Counted from the first letter of the whole stretch, positions 1 to 10,199 are shown. The stretch: DNA of 63,539 nucleotides, filler included, from Thraustochytrium aureum (GCA_012862495.1; 5 parts of 5 records of this genome joined end to end with filler, not necessarily neighbours in it), one strand, 5' to 3'. Numbers and translations: made by a program. Notes: generated from the letters alone by a model not told the origin.

Positions 1-3000
1 GAATGACCTGGTGACCGTTGTGTGTCCGGTGTACATGTCGTGCATCCGCGCGCCGAACAGGACGCCCAGCGTGAGATAGGCGCAGATCGACGTGGTGACG
101 GCGATGAGGTACACGAGCGCCGACGGCTCCTCGACGATGTTTGTGAGAGCCACGTTGAGGGCGCCGAACGAGAAGATTTGGTACACGCAGATCGCGATCT
201 GCTTGCTGTCATTCGCCGAAGATATCTTGACATCTCGAACCGAGTATGCCAGGTACGCGCCAAAGGCGAGAATGGCGCCAAAGTACACCACAAGCGTCGT
301 CGAGAACAGGGGCGAGCTCGACTCGCACCGGGGGATCAGCTTGAACTCAGCCACCTGCGCCGTGACATCGATCGAGGGGCTCCCCAGCTCGAAGGCGACA
401 GTCGGCGGGGACACGGCAGTCCATGTCACGAGATATACGAGCATGATGGCAAGCCCAACCGCGATCCGCATGTGCGTCGCTCGGTTGATGCTTTTGCCCG
501 AAAGCTTGCGCAGTTTCTTGTTGAACAAAGCCTGGATGCGAAGCGTCTTGCTCAGCAACGGCACGAACGCCAGCGAGAGACCCATTGCCAAGAGCCAAAC
601 CGGGGCACGGCAGACCGTCGCGGAGGAGTCTTCGCAGCACGTGTTGCCAGCCGTCGCGCAGCTCAGGTCGAGGACCTCGCCAACAGGCACGATTTGGTTC
701 ACTTTCCAATTCGCGCACGCGTCTGCGTCGCCCGCCGAGCTGCTCATCACCACGAGGTATCCAAAGATCAGAACAATTCCACTGATGATCATCTGATTGA
801 GCCAGGGGCTCGTGAAACGCACGACCTGAACTTTCCGGTACTTGAAGTTGAAAGCCATGCAAATCGCCGCCAGCGTGCAGCCAATGCTTGCAAGAGCCAC
901 AGTGATGGACCGGGCCGCCGGATCGACCTTGTAAAAGGCATAGTTGCGCTGCATCGAGGCGCAGTCCACTTGCAGCTGCACCGAGCGCGCGACCGTGTTG
1001 CCGTTCTCGTCTTGAGCAAGGAAGGAGACCGAGGTGCTGATCGGGTCGAGCGTTGTGCACTGCCCAGCAGCGTACTCGAGTTCGACCTTGCCACTCGAGG
1101 TGTCGGCGAGCAGCACGCTGCCCGCAACAAGGGTGGCATTGGCCGTGGAGACGCGCAAGGTCCCAAAGCTGGGCGGCTCTGCGACTGTGAGCGTCAGAGC
1201 TTGACCGTCAGGCTCGTCGGCCTCGACCGAGAAGCGCATTGCGCCGCCCGGGGCTACCATTTGCGGCGCAGTCGATCCGTTCTGTTGGCTTGCCAGCTCT
1301 ATGGCCGCCGGCGAGAACCGCAGACTCGGGCTGTCTTCGGACCCCACGATGGCTAGCGAGACGGTCGCCGGCTTGGAGTTTCGGAGGCGCTCCCCGCCGC
1401 AGTCGTACGAGTCAAACTCGAACTCGTCCGCTCCAAAGGCGTCCGGAGAGGGCACGTAGAGGACTTTGTTGACCGGCTGGCGCAGCATCGCCGCTTGCGC
1501 CTCCTCGGCCCCAAGGAGTTTGATGTAGTCGATGTAGTTCCAGTCGGCGATCCCGGTGGTCGAGCTAGTGTCCAGCTCGACGCGAATGGCGTCGGTGCGA
1601 TAGAACGGCCGGCAAATCGTTGGGTTGAACCAGTGGTACAGCCCCCGACCGTTCGTGGCGTCGCTCTCCTCGCGCCGAGCTTGGCCTCGGTAGATGTGCT
1701 CCCATACGCCCAGGGGGTTGCGGGCCTTCACGCTGACGACTGCGCCGCCGCCTCGCGGACTTCCGATCTCGATAGCGACTGGAAACACGGGCTTGTCGAA
1801 CCCGACCTCGATGAACTCGGTGTAGGCCGGGACCTCGACCTCGAACCCGTGGTATGGGTTGTGAGAGTAGTCGTACTGGGGCCCAAACGCGCCCGCGGCC
1901 TCGTCACCGATCATGGTCGTGTTGCCTACATAGCCGCGGACCAGCGGACTCCAAACGCCTGCCTTGATGAGCGGCATCTTGGCCAATGGAACGTTCGCAA
2001 CTGAGACCACCTCGTCGGAAAATACGCAACCGCTTGGGAATGAGGCTCCTGCCGCCGTCATTGCGCACCTGGTGTAGTCGCCTCCGCTGTCCTTTTTGTA
2101 CATGGGTAGCGCCTCGATATCGTAGGTCGTGGGGGTGTCTTCCTTTGTGACGCGCGTGATCTTGCCAGGCAGCACCAGGGAGCCCTGACCGGCCCGGTCC
2201 CAAAAGAGGTCAAACAAAACAAGGTCGCCAACCTGATAGTCGCTGCCGTCAGCCGTGCGCTCGTCAGGACACTCGCTCCGTGTTGCGCAGGTCGGCCGGC
2301 CCAGAACATTCATGGCGTGATAGTCAATTGACGGGGGCGAGCCCCAGAACGACGATACGCTAATCACCCTGGACGCGTACTGCTCAACGACCTCGCCCAA
2401 ATCGAAGACCGAGTACGGCTTTTCAATCTCTTTGATCGGGACGTCCTCCTCGTTCACGAGAAAGAGCTTGCCTTTTGAGGGAAGCCTGGCGATCACGATC
2501 CCTGGGGAGCTCTCGGAGTCGCTTGCTGCGAGGCTCACCAGGACGCCTTCGCGCGAGTCCTCCGCCACAGTGGCGTTTCCGGGAGTCGCGGTCGGCAGGT
2601 CATCGACGCTGATCACCGACACACGAACCGTGAGCTCGGGGGACTCGAGCTTGGTGTCACGCGCCACAAACTTGACCTTGAAACTCGCGTACCGCCTCTC
2701 GTCGAACTCGTCTTTGCCAGGGACGAAGTAGACGGCTCCACTTGAGTGGGTGGCTTGCTGATACGGCGCAGAGATCTTGGCCCCCATCGACTCGCTGGAG
2801 GTCGCGCGGCTCGTTTGGAAGAGCGAGCCGCGCTCCGGAAGCTGGGTGATGACGGCGTCCAGGTCGCGGGAGGCGCCGATAACGTTGTGAGGGATCAGCC
2901 TGATGTGAGCGACCATGTCCTCGACTGTGATGACCGCGATCTCGTCATTCTCTCTGTTTTGGCTGAGCGACGGAGCTTGGTGCGGCCAGATGTGGACTTG

Positions 3001-4203
3001 AAAGGTCTCGTTGCTGTTCGAGACGCGCTCGAACTCGATCCAGACTGGCGAGGCGAACGCTGGATCGGCTTGCCACTGCAGCACCGTGCTGGGGCCGGCC
3101 TCCAACTCGCCGGCTAGCGCCACAGCGGCCCCGCTCGGCTCGCGAGTGAGTGCTCCCGTCGCCGGAAGGGAAGAGACGCGAAACGTCACGCCGTCAAAGC
3201 CAGCCGGGAAAGTGAAGTTTACGCTCGCGCCAGGCAAAGTAAAGATCGCCAGCGGCGTGTAGATGTGGTCTGCCTGGGCGACGTCGGCTTCCTCGGGTAC
3301 GGTTGAAGGAACGGGGATCGGCTTCTCATACGGAAAGGTCTTGGGAACTGCACTCGCGTCCTCAGAGTTGAACCAATTGAGTCCAAAGCCGTTGTCGTTG
3401 TTCAGCTGTCCGACAAGAAGGTCATAGTCCCGACCCGCGCTGCCGTAGTTGCGAACAGTGTTTGTACCTGTGAAGTCGCAAGACGGATGCAGTAGCCCGT
3501 CATTGTCGCCGTGTTCCAGGTCGGGGCAAACCACGTCAAAGTTGTAGTACAGCACGACGTCGGCCGGCATGCTGGTGACGTCGAGCGGGCTCTGCATCGC
3601 CGTCCGGATCTCCGCCTCCGAGAGCGGGCGAGAGTAGAGCACGACGTCGTCCGCGAGGCCATCGAAGCTGAATCTCGGCACAGCGCTGCCAGGACCTTGC
3701 AGTCGATTGTACACGTTCGGCCCGATGTAGAAAGTGGTCCCCGCGTCATCACGCATGCTCTTGGCGCCCATCTCGTACGTGCCGATGAGGTTTCCGTCGA
3801 CATAGTACTTGAGGACGGTCCTGTTGAAGGTCGCGGCATAGTGATGCCAGGCCAGAAAGTCGTGCTCGTCGCTGAGCACGTAGTCCGGTGTGGTTCCCCA
3901 GGCATATCCAAAGTTTGTATTGAAAGGCTGGAACATGTTGTTGTCCGAAACGCTGGTCCAGTGAAGGAAGAATCTGCTTTTGGTGCCAGGGTAGTAGTCG
4001 AACACTTTGGCCCAGCCCATCATAGTGATTTCATTGTCGATGTCGGCCATGCCGGCGTCCGCAAAATCGATCCAGCCTTTCTTGATGGCCATGAGCGGGT
4101 TTTCGCCATGGAACGCGGCGGCATAGCCGCGGTTTACTGCAGAGGCCGTCGTTGCCGCCGTTGCCAGCATGGCCACCGGGAGCCATGCTGCGGCGCTGCG
4201 CAT
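1..4203 (-). CDS. Giant class C (GABA-B-like) GPCR: signal peptide, LamG, cadherin/Ig-like repeats, FBXL4/pappalysin-like discoidin domain, 7TM_3; C-terminus runs off the window
   Basis: Manual translation of most of the minus strand from ATG 4203 (MRSAAAWLPVAMLATAATTASA); the segments read are in one frame to base 1, and the ORF track shows no stop-terminated ORF in this frame. LamG: WHHYAATFNRTVLKYYVDG...FDGLADDVVLYSRPLSEAEI. 7TM: FNFKYRKVQVVRFTSPWLNQMIISG, SKTLRIQALF, NDSKQIAICVY, LGVLFGARM. Confidence 0.88.
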   Translation of the reverse strand, partial: MRSAAAWLPVAMLATAATTASAVNRGYAAAFHGENPLMAIKKGWIDFADAGMADIDNEITMMGWAKVFDYYPGTKSRFFLHWTSVSDNNMFQPFNTNFGYAWGTTPDYVLSDEHDFLAWHHYAATFNRTVLKYYVDGNLIGTYEMGAKSMRDDAGTTFYIGPNVYNRLQGPGSAVPRFSFDGLADDVVLYSRPLSEAEIRTAMQSPLDVTSMPADVVLYYNFDVVCPDLEHGDNDGLLHPSCDFTGTNTVRNYGSAGRDYDLLVGQLNNDNGFGLNWFNSEDASAVPKTFPYEKPIPVPSTVPEEADVAQADHIYTPLAIFTLPGASVNFTFPAGFDGVTFRVSSLPATGALTREPSGAAVALAGELEAGPSTVLQWQADPAFASPVWIEFERVSNSNETFQVHIWPHQAPSLSQNRENDEIAVITVEDMVAHIRLIPHNVIGASRDLDAVITQLPERGSLFQTSRATSSESMGAKISAPYQQATHSSGAVYFVPGKDEFDERRYASFKVKFVARDTKLESPELTVRVSVISVDDLPTATPGNATVAEDSREGVLVSLAASDSESSPGIVIARLPSKGKLFLVNEEDVPIKEIEKPYSVFDLGEVVEQYASRVISVSSFWGSPPSIDYHAMNVLGRPTCATRSECPDERTADGSDYQVGDLVLFDLFWDRAGQGSLVLPGKITRVTKEDTPTTYDIEALPMYKKDSGGDYTRCAMTAAGASFPSGCVFSDEVVSVANVPLAKMPLIKAGVWSPLVRGYVGNTTMIGDEAAGAFGPQYDYSHNPYHGFEVEVPAYTEFIEVGFDKPVFPVAIEIGSPRGGGAVVSVKARNPLGVWEHIYRGQARREESDATNGRGLYHWFNPTICRPFYRTDAIRVELDTSSTTGIADWNYIDYIKLLGAEEAQAAMLRQPVNKVLYVPSPDAFGADEFEFDSYDCGGERLRNSKPATVSLAIVGSEDSPSLRFSPAAIELASQQNGSTAPQMVAPGGAMRFSVEADEPDGQALTLTVAEPPSFGTLRVSTANATLVAGSVLLADTSSGKVELEYAAGQCTTLDPISTSVSFLAQDENGNTVARSVQLQVDCASMQRNYAFYKVDPAARSITVALASIGCTLAAICMAFNFKYRKVQVVRFTSPWLNQMIISGIVLIFGYLVVMSSSAGDADACANWKVNQIVPVGEVLDLSCATAGNTCCEDSSATVCRAPVWLLAMGLSLAFVPLLSKTLRIQALFNKKLRKLSGKSINRATHMRIAVGLAIMLVYLVTWTAVSPPTVAFELGSPSIDVTAQVAEFKLIPRCESSSPLFSTTLVVYFGAILAFGAYLAYSVRDVKISSANDSKQIAICVYQIFSFGALNVALTNIVEEPSALVYLIAVTTSICAYLTLGVLFGARMHDMYTGHTTVTRSF

Positions 4204-5479
4204 TGTNNNNNNNNNNNNNNNNNNNNNNNNNNNNNNNNNNNNNNNNNNNNNNNNNNNNNNNNNNNNNNNNNNNNNNNNNNNNNNNNNNNNNNNNNNNNNN
4301 NNNNNNNNNNNNNNNNNNNNNNNNNNNNNNNNNNNNNNNNNNNNNNNNNNNNNNNNNNNNNNNNNNNNNNNNNNNNNNNNNNNNNNNNNNNNNNNNNNNN
4401 NNNNNNNNNNNNNNNNNNNNNNNNNNNNNNNNNNATTTCGATTGTCGCGTGCTCGTTTTGCTTTGTTTGTGGCAGGTGCAGAGTATCTCTCGTTCGGGAT
4501 CTGTCCGATACGAGACTGTCGGTAGAGTTTCCAGCGCCCGTTTCCAGAAACTCACGGTCGCTCGCAGGCGCTATTTGTTAAATGTCTTGGTGTGAAAGCA
4601 CGCGGTTTGGTGACGAGCGCATCTAGCAGGATCAACTATTTCCGCGAGAACCCCTTTGTCGCCCCTTTTGCTTCGCAAGAAACTCATCTGCCTCCATTTT
4701 AGAGTACCAATTTGATTGATTTGAGAACTCGCAGGGGCTTCAGGAGCGTGTCGCCGGGGCGGAGGTCCGAGACCGCCGGTCGGGGCAGCTCAAATCGACC
4801 AAACAAATAGGCCAACACACCAACTTTTATGCTTGGTCACTCCACTTGGACGTGCCGTCAGGCAAGAAAATGTTAATACGGGGCGTGGAGTAGGGCTACC
4901 TGCTCTTCTGCAGCAACAGCGCTCCGGAATTGCGATCAACACCCGAGGCTGTTCCGGTTTTCCAAGTTGCCGTTCAACGGACATATTCTCGTCACGGCTG
5001 CAAAACCAACAAACTGCCTGTGCTAGCCTATTGCGTGCCACGGGCGCATTGGCAAGAGCATATTCGTTGGAGTTGCGACTCAGGTCGACCTTCGAAACGG
5101 CACGATTTAGCACGACGTTTCGCTATCGAGCAACGAATGTGTGGCGATGTTGCGAGGCGCTCCTTCACAACGGACACGAACGGGAGGTGCAGTGACTCGT
5201 TATTTGTTGCGGCGTAGGTCGATTGGATGGATCGCCGCGGTGCGATTTCTCGCCTGCACGCTGATAGGCTACTAGCTGGCTACCCTCGCTTCCCTAGAAG
5301 GACTTGCACGACAAGGCAAGATTGGAAGCTTTTCTTGCACTCGGGAAGACCGCCGCCTTCCCCGCCTCTCCAGCCGACCCTATTTCCTTTGGAGGAGGCT
5401 TGCGGAGAAGAAACACAGAGCGTTATACTAGAACCAAGATTGTACGCGACGCGCGACGACGTTTGCTGGCGGCTGAGCT

Positions 5480-6580
5480 TCAGGCAGCCTTGGCGTCGAC
5501 CGCTGCGACTTGCTCGGGCGAGTCGGGCGACAGCGGCGGCGCGCCTTTCGGCCCCCATCGCATGGTGGAGAGCTCCAAAACGTCCTGCAAGGCATCGAAG
5601 AAGTTGAATAGGCCAGGAGTCTTTTCTGACCAGGCCCGAAACACCTCGAGCGTCATTCCTGCGGTTGGCTCCAAGGCGTACTCGGCCCAAGCCGGGTCGG
5701 CGAAGAAGGCGTACGTTGTGCGGATCTTGGACTTGAAGCGCGGGAGCGGGCCGGCCTCCAGCAGGACGACCGCTTCCTCGGCGGCGTCGTCAAAAATTGT
5801 GACTGGGACGTCGACGGCTCCGTCGTCTGCGGCTGCCTGCATCAGTGCTCGGCAGCGCTCGCGTACCGCGTCCGAGACGTTAATCTGGCTCTCGGCGTCG
5901 ACCTCGAGGAATTGCGCGAAAATCTCCTTGGCCTGCTCGACAGAAAAGGTGCTCCCGCGCGCATCTGGCGACGCAAGGTACGCGACAGCATCGAGGAATT
6001 GCAGGAGCTCGTCCGCAAACTCTTTCTTCAGGTAGGCGGAGAACGCCTCGCGGCCCTTGTCGACGGTTAGCACGTTGACGAGCCGGTTGCCAATAATGGA
6101 GGCGATCATGTCGTTGAACTCGCGGCGAGAGATGCCGTTGTCCCGGTTGGTGTCGAAAAGGCGGAAGCAAAGCTCGGTCTTGTCGTGTGCGGAACCTCGG
6201 TACATGAGAAAGCACATTGTGACGGTGAATTCAGCTTTGTTGACCTTGCCGTCCCCGTCTGCGTCGAAGAGGCGGTACACCTTCTCGAAGAGCTCCGGCT
6301 CGAAAAAGACGCCCATGGATTCGAACACTTTCTCGAGCTGCTCGCGCGAAACCATTTGGTCGTTGCTGCTGCTGTCGCCCTCACCATGGATGACCTGCAT
6401 AAACTTTTCCTCAAAGTCGTGGGCTTCGGCGTCGTTGAGCTTGCTCTTTTCCTCGTTGAGCCAGCTCACCTGCTTGTCCAGCACCTCTTTGGCGTCTGGC
6501 GACAGAGAGGTGTGGCCCGCCTTGGGTGCTTGCAGGCGCTTGGCCGACTTTGGCCTGCACAGGAGCTTGCGCAGCACCAT
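5480..6580 (-). CDS. EF-hand (calcineurin B/NCS-like) protein with an inserted RGS domain
   Basis: EF loops DADGDGKVNKAEF and DTNRDNGISRREF. RGS signatures: GREAFSAYLKKEFADELLQFLDAV, AKEIFAQFLEVDAESQINVS, IFDDAAEEAVVLLEAGPLPRF. First in-frame ATG is at 6580. Confidence 0.85.
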   Translation of the reverse strand: MVLRKLLCRPKSAKRLQAPKAGHTSLSPDAKEVLDKQVSWLNEEKSKLNDAEAHDFEEKFMQVIHGEGDSSSNDQMVSREQLEKVFESMGVFFEPELFEKVYRLFDADGDGKVNKAEFTVTMCFLMYRGSAHDKTELCFRLFDTNRDNGISRREFNDMIASIIGNRLVNVLTVDKGREAFSAYLKKEFADELLQFLDAVAYLASPDARGSTFSVEQAKEIFAQFLEVDAESQINVSDAVRERCRALMQAAADDGAVDVPVTIFDDAAEEAVVLLEAGPLPRFKSKIRTTYAFFADPAWAEYALEPTAGMTLEVFRAWSEKTPGLFNFFDALQDVLELSTMRWGPKGAPPLSPDSPEQVAAVDAKAA

Positions 6581-7487
6581 CTCGGGCGTCCGCAGTAGAC
6601 GACCTGACAGGCTGCCTTGCGCTGGCTTGGACTCGCTGTTCTCCCGCACGGGCCGGCCCGGTGCCGCCGCGTTGAGGGTCTGCCACCTCGGTCGGCTCGT
6701 CTCTGCAGTTGCTGTCCACCGTGACGGCGCGGCTCGCCGTTCTGAAACTCGCTGTGGTTGGTGTCACTGCAGGAGGGAGGAGAGAATGGAGTCCAGCGTG
6801 CGTGACAGCACATCGACCGATTTCGAAAGCTGTCCTGCTCGGAGAGCGGCATCCAATCCACTTTGGTGCATGGCGCGATGCTCGCCGGGAGCCCGGCGTT
6901 ACATCATCAGCGCTACAAATGCAGCGAAGCCTGGCGATGCTGCCCGGAGTAACCGCGGCGCAGGAGGAATAATGGCTCGACATTTTCCGCACACAGCTTT
7001 GAAGCCAGTGTGTGTGCAAGTCAATCGTTGAGGAGGGAGTGGGGGTAGATATTGAAGATCTATAGTGGGTTGTTCAGGGTCCGGATGTTCCATACTCGTC
7101 AATTGGTCATGAAAGGGTCATGATCTTGCAATCATCAATCGCGGACGTCTCGTGCCAACACCGTAAGGCTGTCATCCGGCAAGTTCTGCGACATCTGATC
7201 ACCTTCAATCCGCATGCAACGTCTGGCCCCCATGGGGCCGGCCTGGGCCCTCTCCAACAAGCCACCCTCGTGGCGCGGCGAGACGCCCCTGTTGGTGCTG
7301 CCTGACCTAGGTTGGGCAGCGTTCTTTCTTTCACCTTTCCTTTCTCTTTCCTTTTGAGGTCGCACCTCCCGTCTTTTAGCGCTACGTAGAATAGCACCCA
7401 TGGAGTACATCAATCACATCATGTGATTGACTTGGAGGACCACCACAAGGCCGAAACATTGATGACCCTGAACCATCCCATCGCCCG

Positions 7488-8819
7488 TCAGTTGTGGCCA
7501 CCAGAGTGTTGCTGCTGTCTCAGCATTGGCTGGATGTCGTAGCGCATGCAGACGATGTCACTCAGATTGTCGACGTCGTTGCCTGTTTCGCAGCCAAAGC
7601 GGAAGCGCGCCTCGCGCACCCAGCCGAGAGACTCGAGCTGCGAAATGAGCGACCCGCGTGACGCACGAACCTCGGCCCCAACCCGACGGTAGCGGCCAGC
7701 CTTGGCGACTGCAACCAACGAGTTGAGAAAACGAAGAGCCGCGCCGTCATCGAGCGCGAGTTGCTGCACTTCGATGGAGCCCACCGAGCTGGCCGTCGGC
7801 ACAAGAGCGACCCAGCCGGCGACTTGCTGCGCGCCTTCTCCGCTGACAACGCGGACAGCGGACCCCGCTTGAACAAGCCAGCGCAGGTAGGAGTCTAGCT
7901 CGGCCTCCGTCGCAAAGGGAACGCCGTCCGCCCACGGCTCGTGCCCCACGGCCAGAAAAAGCGCGGCAAGATCGCTCTCGGGGCGGTACGCTCGAGCGAC
8001 GTTGCTATCCAGGCCGAGGGGCCCCTCTGGGAGGCGGGCGGGGTCGACGTCCGGGCCGACAGGCTGGCCGAGCGGATTCATGACAGCGCCGGCCTGCACC
8101 TCCGACAAGTCTGGGCGCGGCTCCGAGGCAAGAACTGCGCCCTGAAACTCGTCCAGGCGTTTGCGCTGCTGCCCCGAGGTGGGATCAAAGTTGCGGTTGT
8201 CGAGCCACAGCTCAAAGGCCTCGCGGAGGCCGCTCGCAGTCCACTCGTGGCGAGTCATTCCGAGCCACGCGGTACAGCGGGAGCGCCCCTTGTAGATCAG
8301 CGCGCGACGCCAAAGACCCTCGAAACGAAACCCGTACCGTACTGCGGCAGCGAGCGACTTGGCGTTGAGCGCGTCGCACTTCCACTCGACGCGCTCGTAG
8401 CCACGGTCGAAGGCGGCCTTTAGCAGCAGGTAGACGGCTTCGGTGCCGAGACGCGTGCGCCGCATGAGTCGCGAGAAAGTTACGTACCCGATCTCGATGC
8501 TCCGTCGCCGTGGGTTGATGCGAAGAAAAGAGATCAAGCCCACTGGGGCGCCAGATGCTCGGTCAATCACTGTGAAGAAGACAAACGTCCGCGGCAGCGC
8601 CAGGAGACGCGCCAAGAGGGCCCCCATCTCCGACACAGTGCCCACCGGTTCCATCGGCAAGTATGTAAACATGCCGGGGTCGCCGCGAAAGGCGTCCAGC
8701 AGCGGCCCAGTGTCACGCGCGGCGTCCACTGGCGCCAGCTCGCAGAACCGGCCATCGAGGCGCAGCCCTTGCTCGATCTCTCCCGCGGTCGCGCCCGCCT
8801 GCATGTCCGACACCGCCAT
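7488..8819 (-). CDS. RimJ/RimL-type GNAT N-acetyltransferase with a second, degenerate GNAT copy
   Basis: SIEIGYVTFSRLMRRTRLGTEAVYLLLKAAFDRGYERVEWKCDALNAKSLAAAVRYGFRFEGLWR; the second half restarts with NPLGQPVGPDV and GSIEV...RYRRV. Confidence 0.85.
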   Translation of the reverse strand: MAVSDMQAGATAGEIEQGLRLDGRFCELAPVDAARDTGPLLDAFRGDPGMFTYLPMEPVGTVSEMGALLARLLALPRTFVFFTVIDRASGAPVGLISFLRINPRRRSIEIGYVTFSRLMRRTRLGTEAVYLLLKAAFDRGYERVEWKCDALNAKSLAAAVRYGFRFEGLWRRALIYKGRSRCTAWLGMTRHEWTASGLREAFELWLDNRNFDPTSGQQRKRLDEFQGAVLASEPRPDLSEVQAGAVMNPLGQPVGPDVDPARLPEGPLGLDSNVARAYRPESDLAALFLAVGHEPWADGVPFATEAELDSYLRWLVQAGSAVRVVSGEGAQQVAGWVALVPTASSVGSIEVQQLALDDGAALRFLNSLVAVAKAGRYRRVGAEVRASRGSLISQLESLGWVREARFRFGCETGNDVDNLSDIVCMRYDIQPMLRQQQHSGGHN

Positions 8820-9472
8820 GGCAGCTCTCGAGCTTGTTTGCCCACGCACAGCAGAAAAGCTCGACGACCTGGCGCTTGTCGGCAACAAACCCGAACTGCA
8901 TGCCGACGACGCCCCGCACCAGCCGTGGTCAGCGTTCCAAGCACAGCGCCGGCGCACACTCTACAGCCGCTTCTCCAGCACCGCCCGAGCAAGCCAATAG
9001 CGCAAACGAACGTTGCAAGTCCCGCCCTCGGCAACTTTCGCGTTTGTGACTCGTGACGCGAGCGCCAGCCAACTCGCGCGCCAGAAGGATGTACCTATAA
9101 AGATCGGTACGAGTACTCTGAGCAAGTGCGAGTACATCGGGAGTGAGACGAGGAGTAGATAGAGTACAGCACCGTCGCAACGATGAGCGCAACGCGACGG
9201 TCGCCGTCACGTCAGGAAAACGGACAGCATCTTCGTTGTCAGAACACGCCAAACCACTTTCCCTCTAAATTATGCCTACAATAGAGTTTAGAATTGTAGT
9301 TTACTAATAGAGATCTCATCGAGGTTTACCCTCTATATAATATATCTATTGTTTTTTTACAAAGAGAATTAAAATAGAGGGACGGGTTAGGCTGGTTGTG
9401 GCAGAGACGTTGAGCGGGCGCGAGGCTGTGTTGCAAACGAGGGCAAGCGCGGGACGCGCGAAAGGGGAAAAA

Positions 9473-9895
9473 ATGGGCTGTCCTGTGGCTCTTGCGGCTG
9501 TGCTGGCCTGCACGGTGGTTGTTGCCACGGCGGGGGAGGCGGCCAACGCGCTGCCGCTGGAAGAGGAGGTTGGATGTGCAATAAGGTGCAAAGACGTGAC
9601 CACTCCGGCGCCAAGGAAGGAGTGCGAGTGGCTGTACAAGCGCCCTGTCTGCTTGCAGCAGGACGGGCAGTCGTACCTGAACTGGGTCGACGTGCACCTG
9701 TTCCCGAACACCTTTGTGTACACGTACAATGATGCGCTGCAATGCACAAGAATCTTTCAAGGGGGGTTTCCCGCGGATGCGCTCCCAGAGGCCGCGCCAG
9801 TAGCCCAGGAGTCCGCTGAAGCACCCCTCGTGGACTCGAGATCGCTGCAGGCTGCTGCGGGGCAGGGTTGTCGCCTGGATGCCTTGACAAGCTAG
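9473..9895 (+). CDS. Small secreted Cys-containing protein with a Kazal-like motif
   Basis: Signal-peptide-like MGCPVALAAVLACTVVVATAG. CEWLYKRPVCLQQDGQSYLN resembles the Kazal C..Y.PVC..DG.TY.N motif. Confidence 0.5.
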   Translation: MGCPVALAAVLACTVVVATAGEAANALPLEEEVGCAIRCKDVTTPAPRKECEWLYKRPVCLQQDGQSYLNWVDVHLFPNTFVYTYNDALQCTRIFQGGFPADALPEAAPVAQESAEAPLVDSRSLQAAAGQGCRLDALTS

Positions 9896-10199
9896 GTAGA
9901 TACTCGTTGCCGTCTGCCGGCTTGTGCAAGGTCGCACACGGCGTGGACCTCGGCGCCGGCCATGTTCCGCCTTCCGCAAACATTGTCGGCAATCCCACTT
10001 TCGAAGTAGCGCGGACGCGATGTCACTGACTCTAGCGCAAAACCACAGTATCTTGCTTTTTCGTTCGCAACGCAACAGAAAGCCCACTCTTCAAGTTCGC
10101 AAGCGCTTGCTTCGTTCAGAGCCTGCCCAATGAACCTGCATACCTCGCGACACCCTGTTCCGCAGCGCCCGGGGATCCGCGCTCTATTGGTCGCCATCC

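Noticed and set aside
22..4581. Plus-strand ORFs 22..1356, 92..796, 3511..4581 and similar
   Set aside because: They are antisense shadows of the real minus-strand GPCR, as expected in GC-rich DNA.
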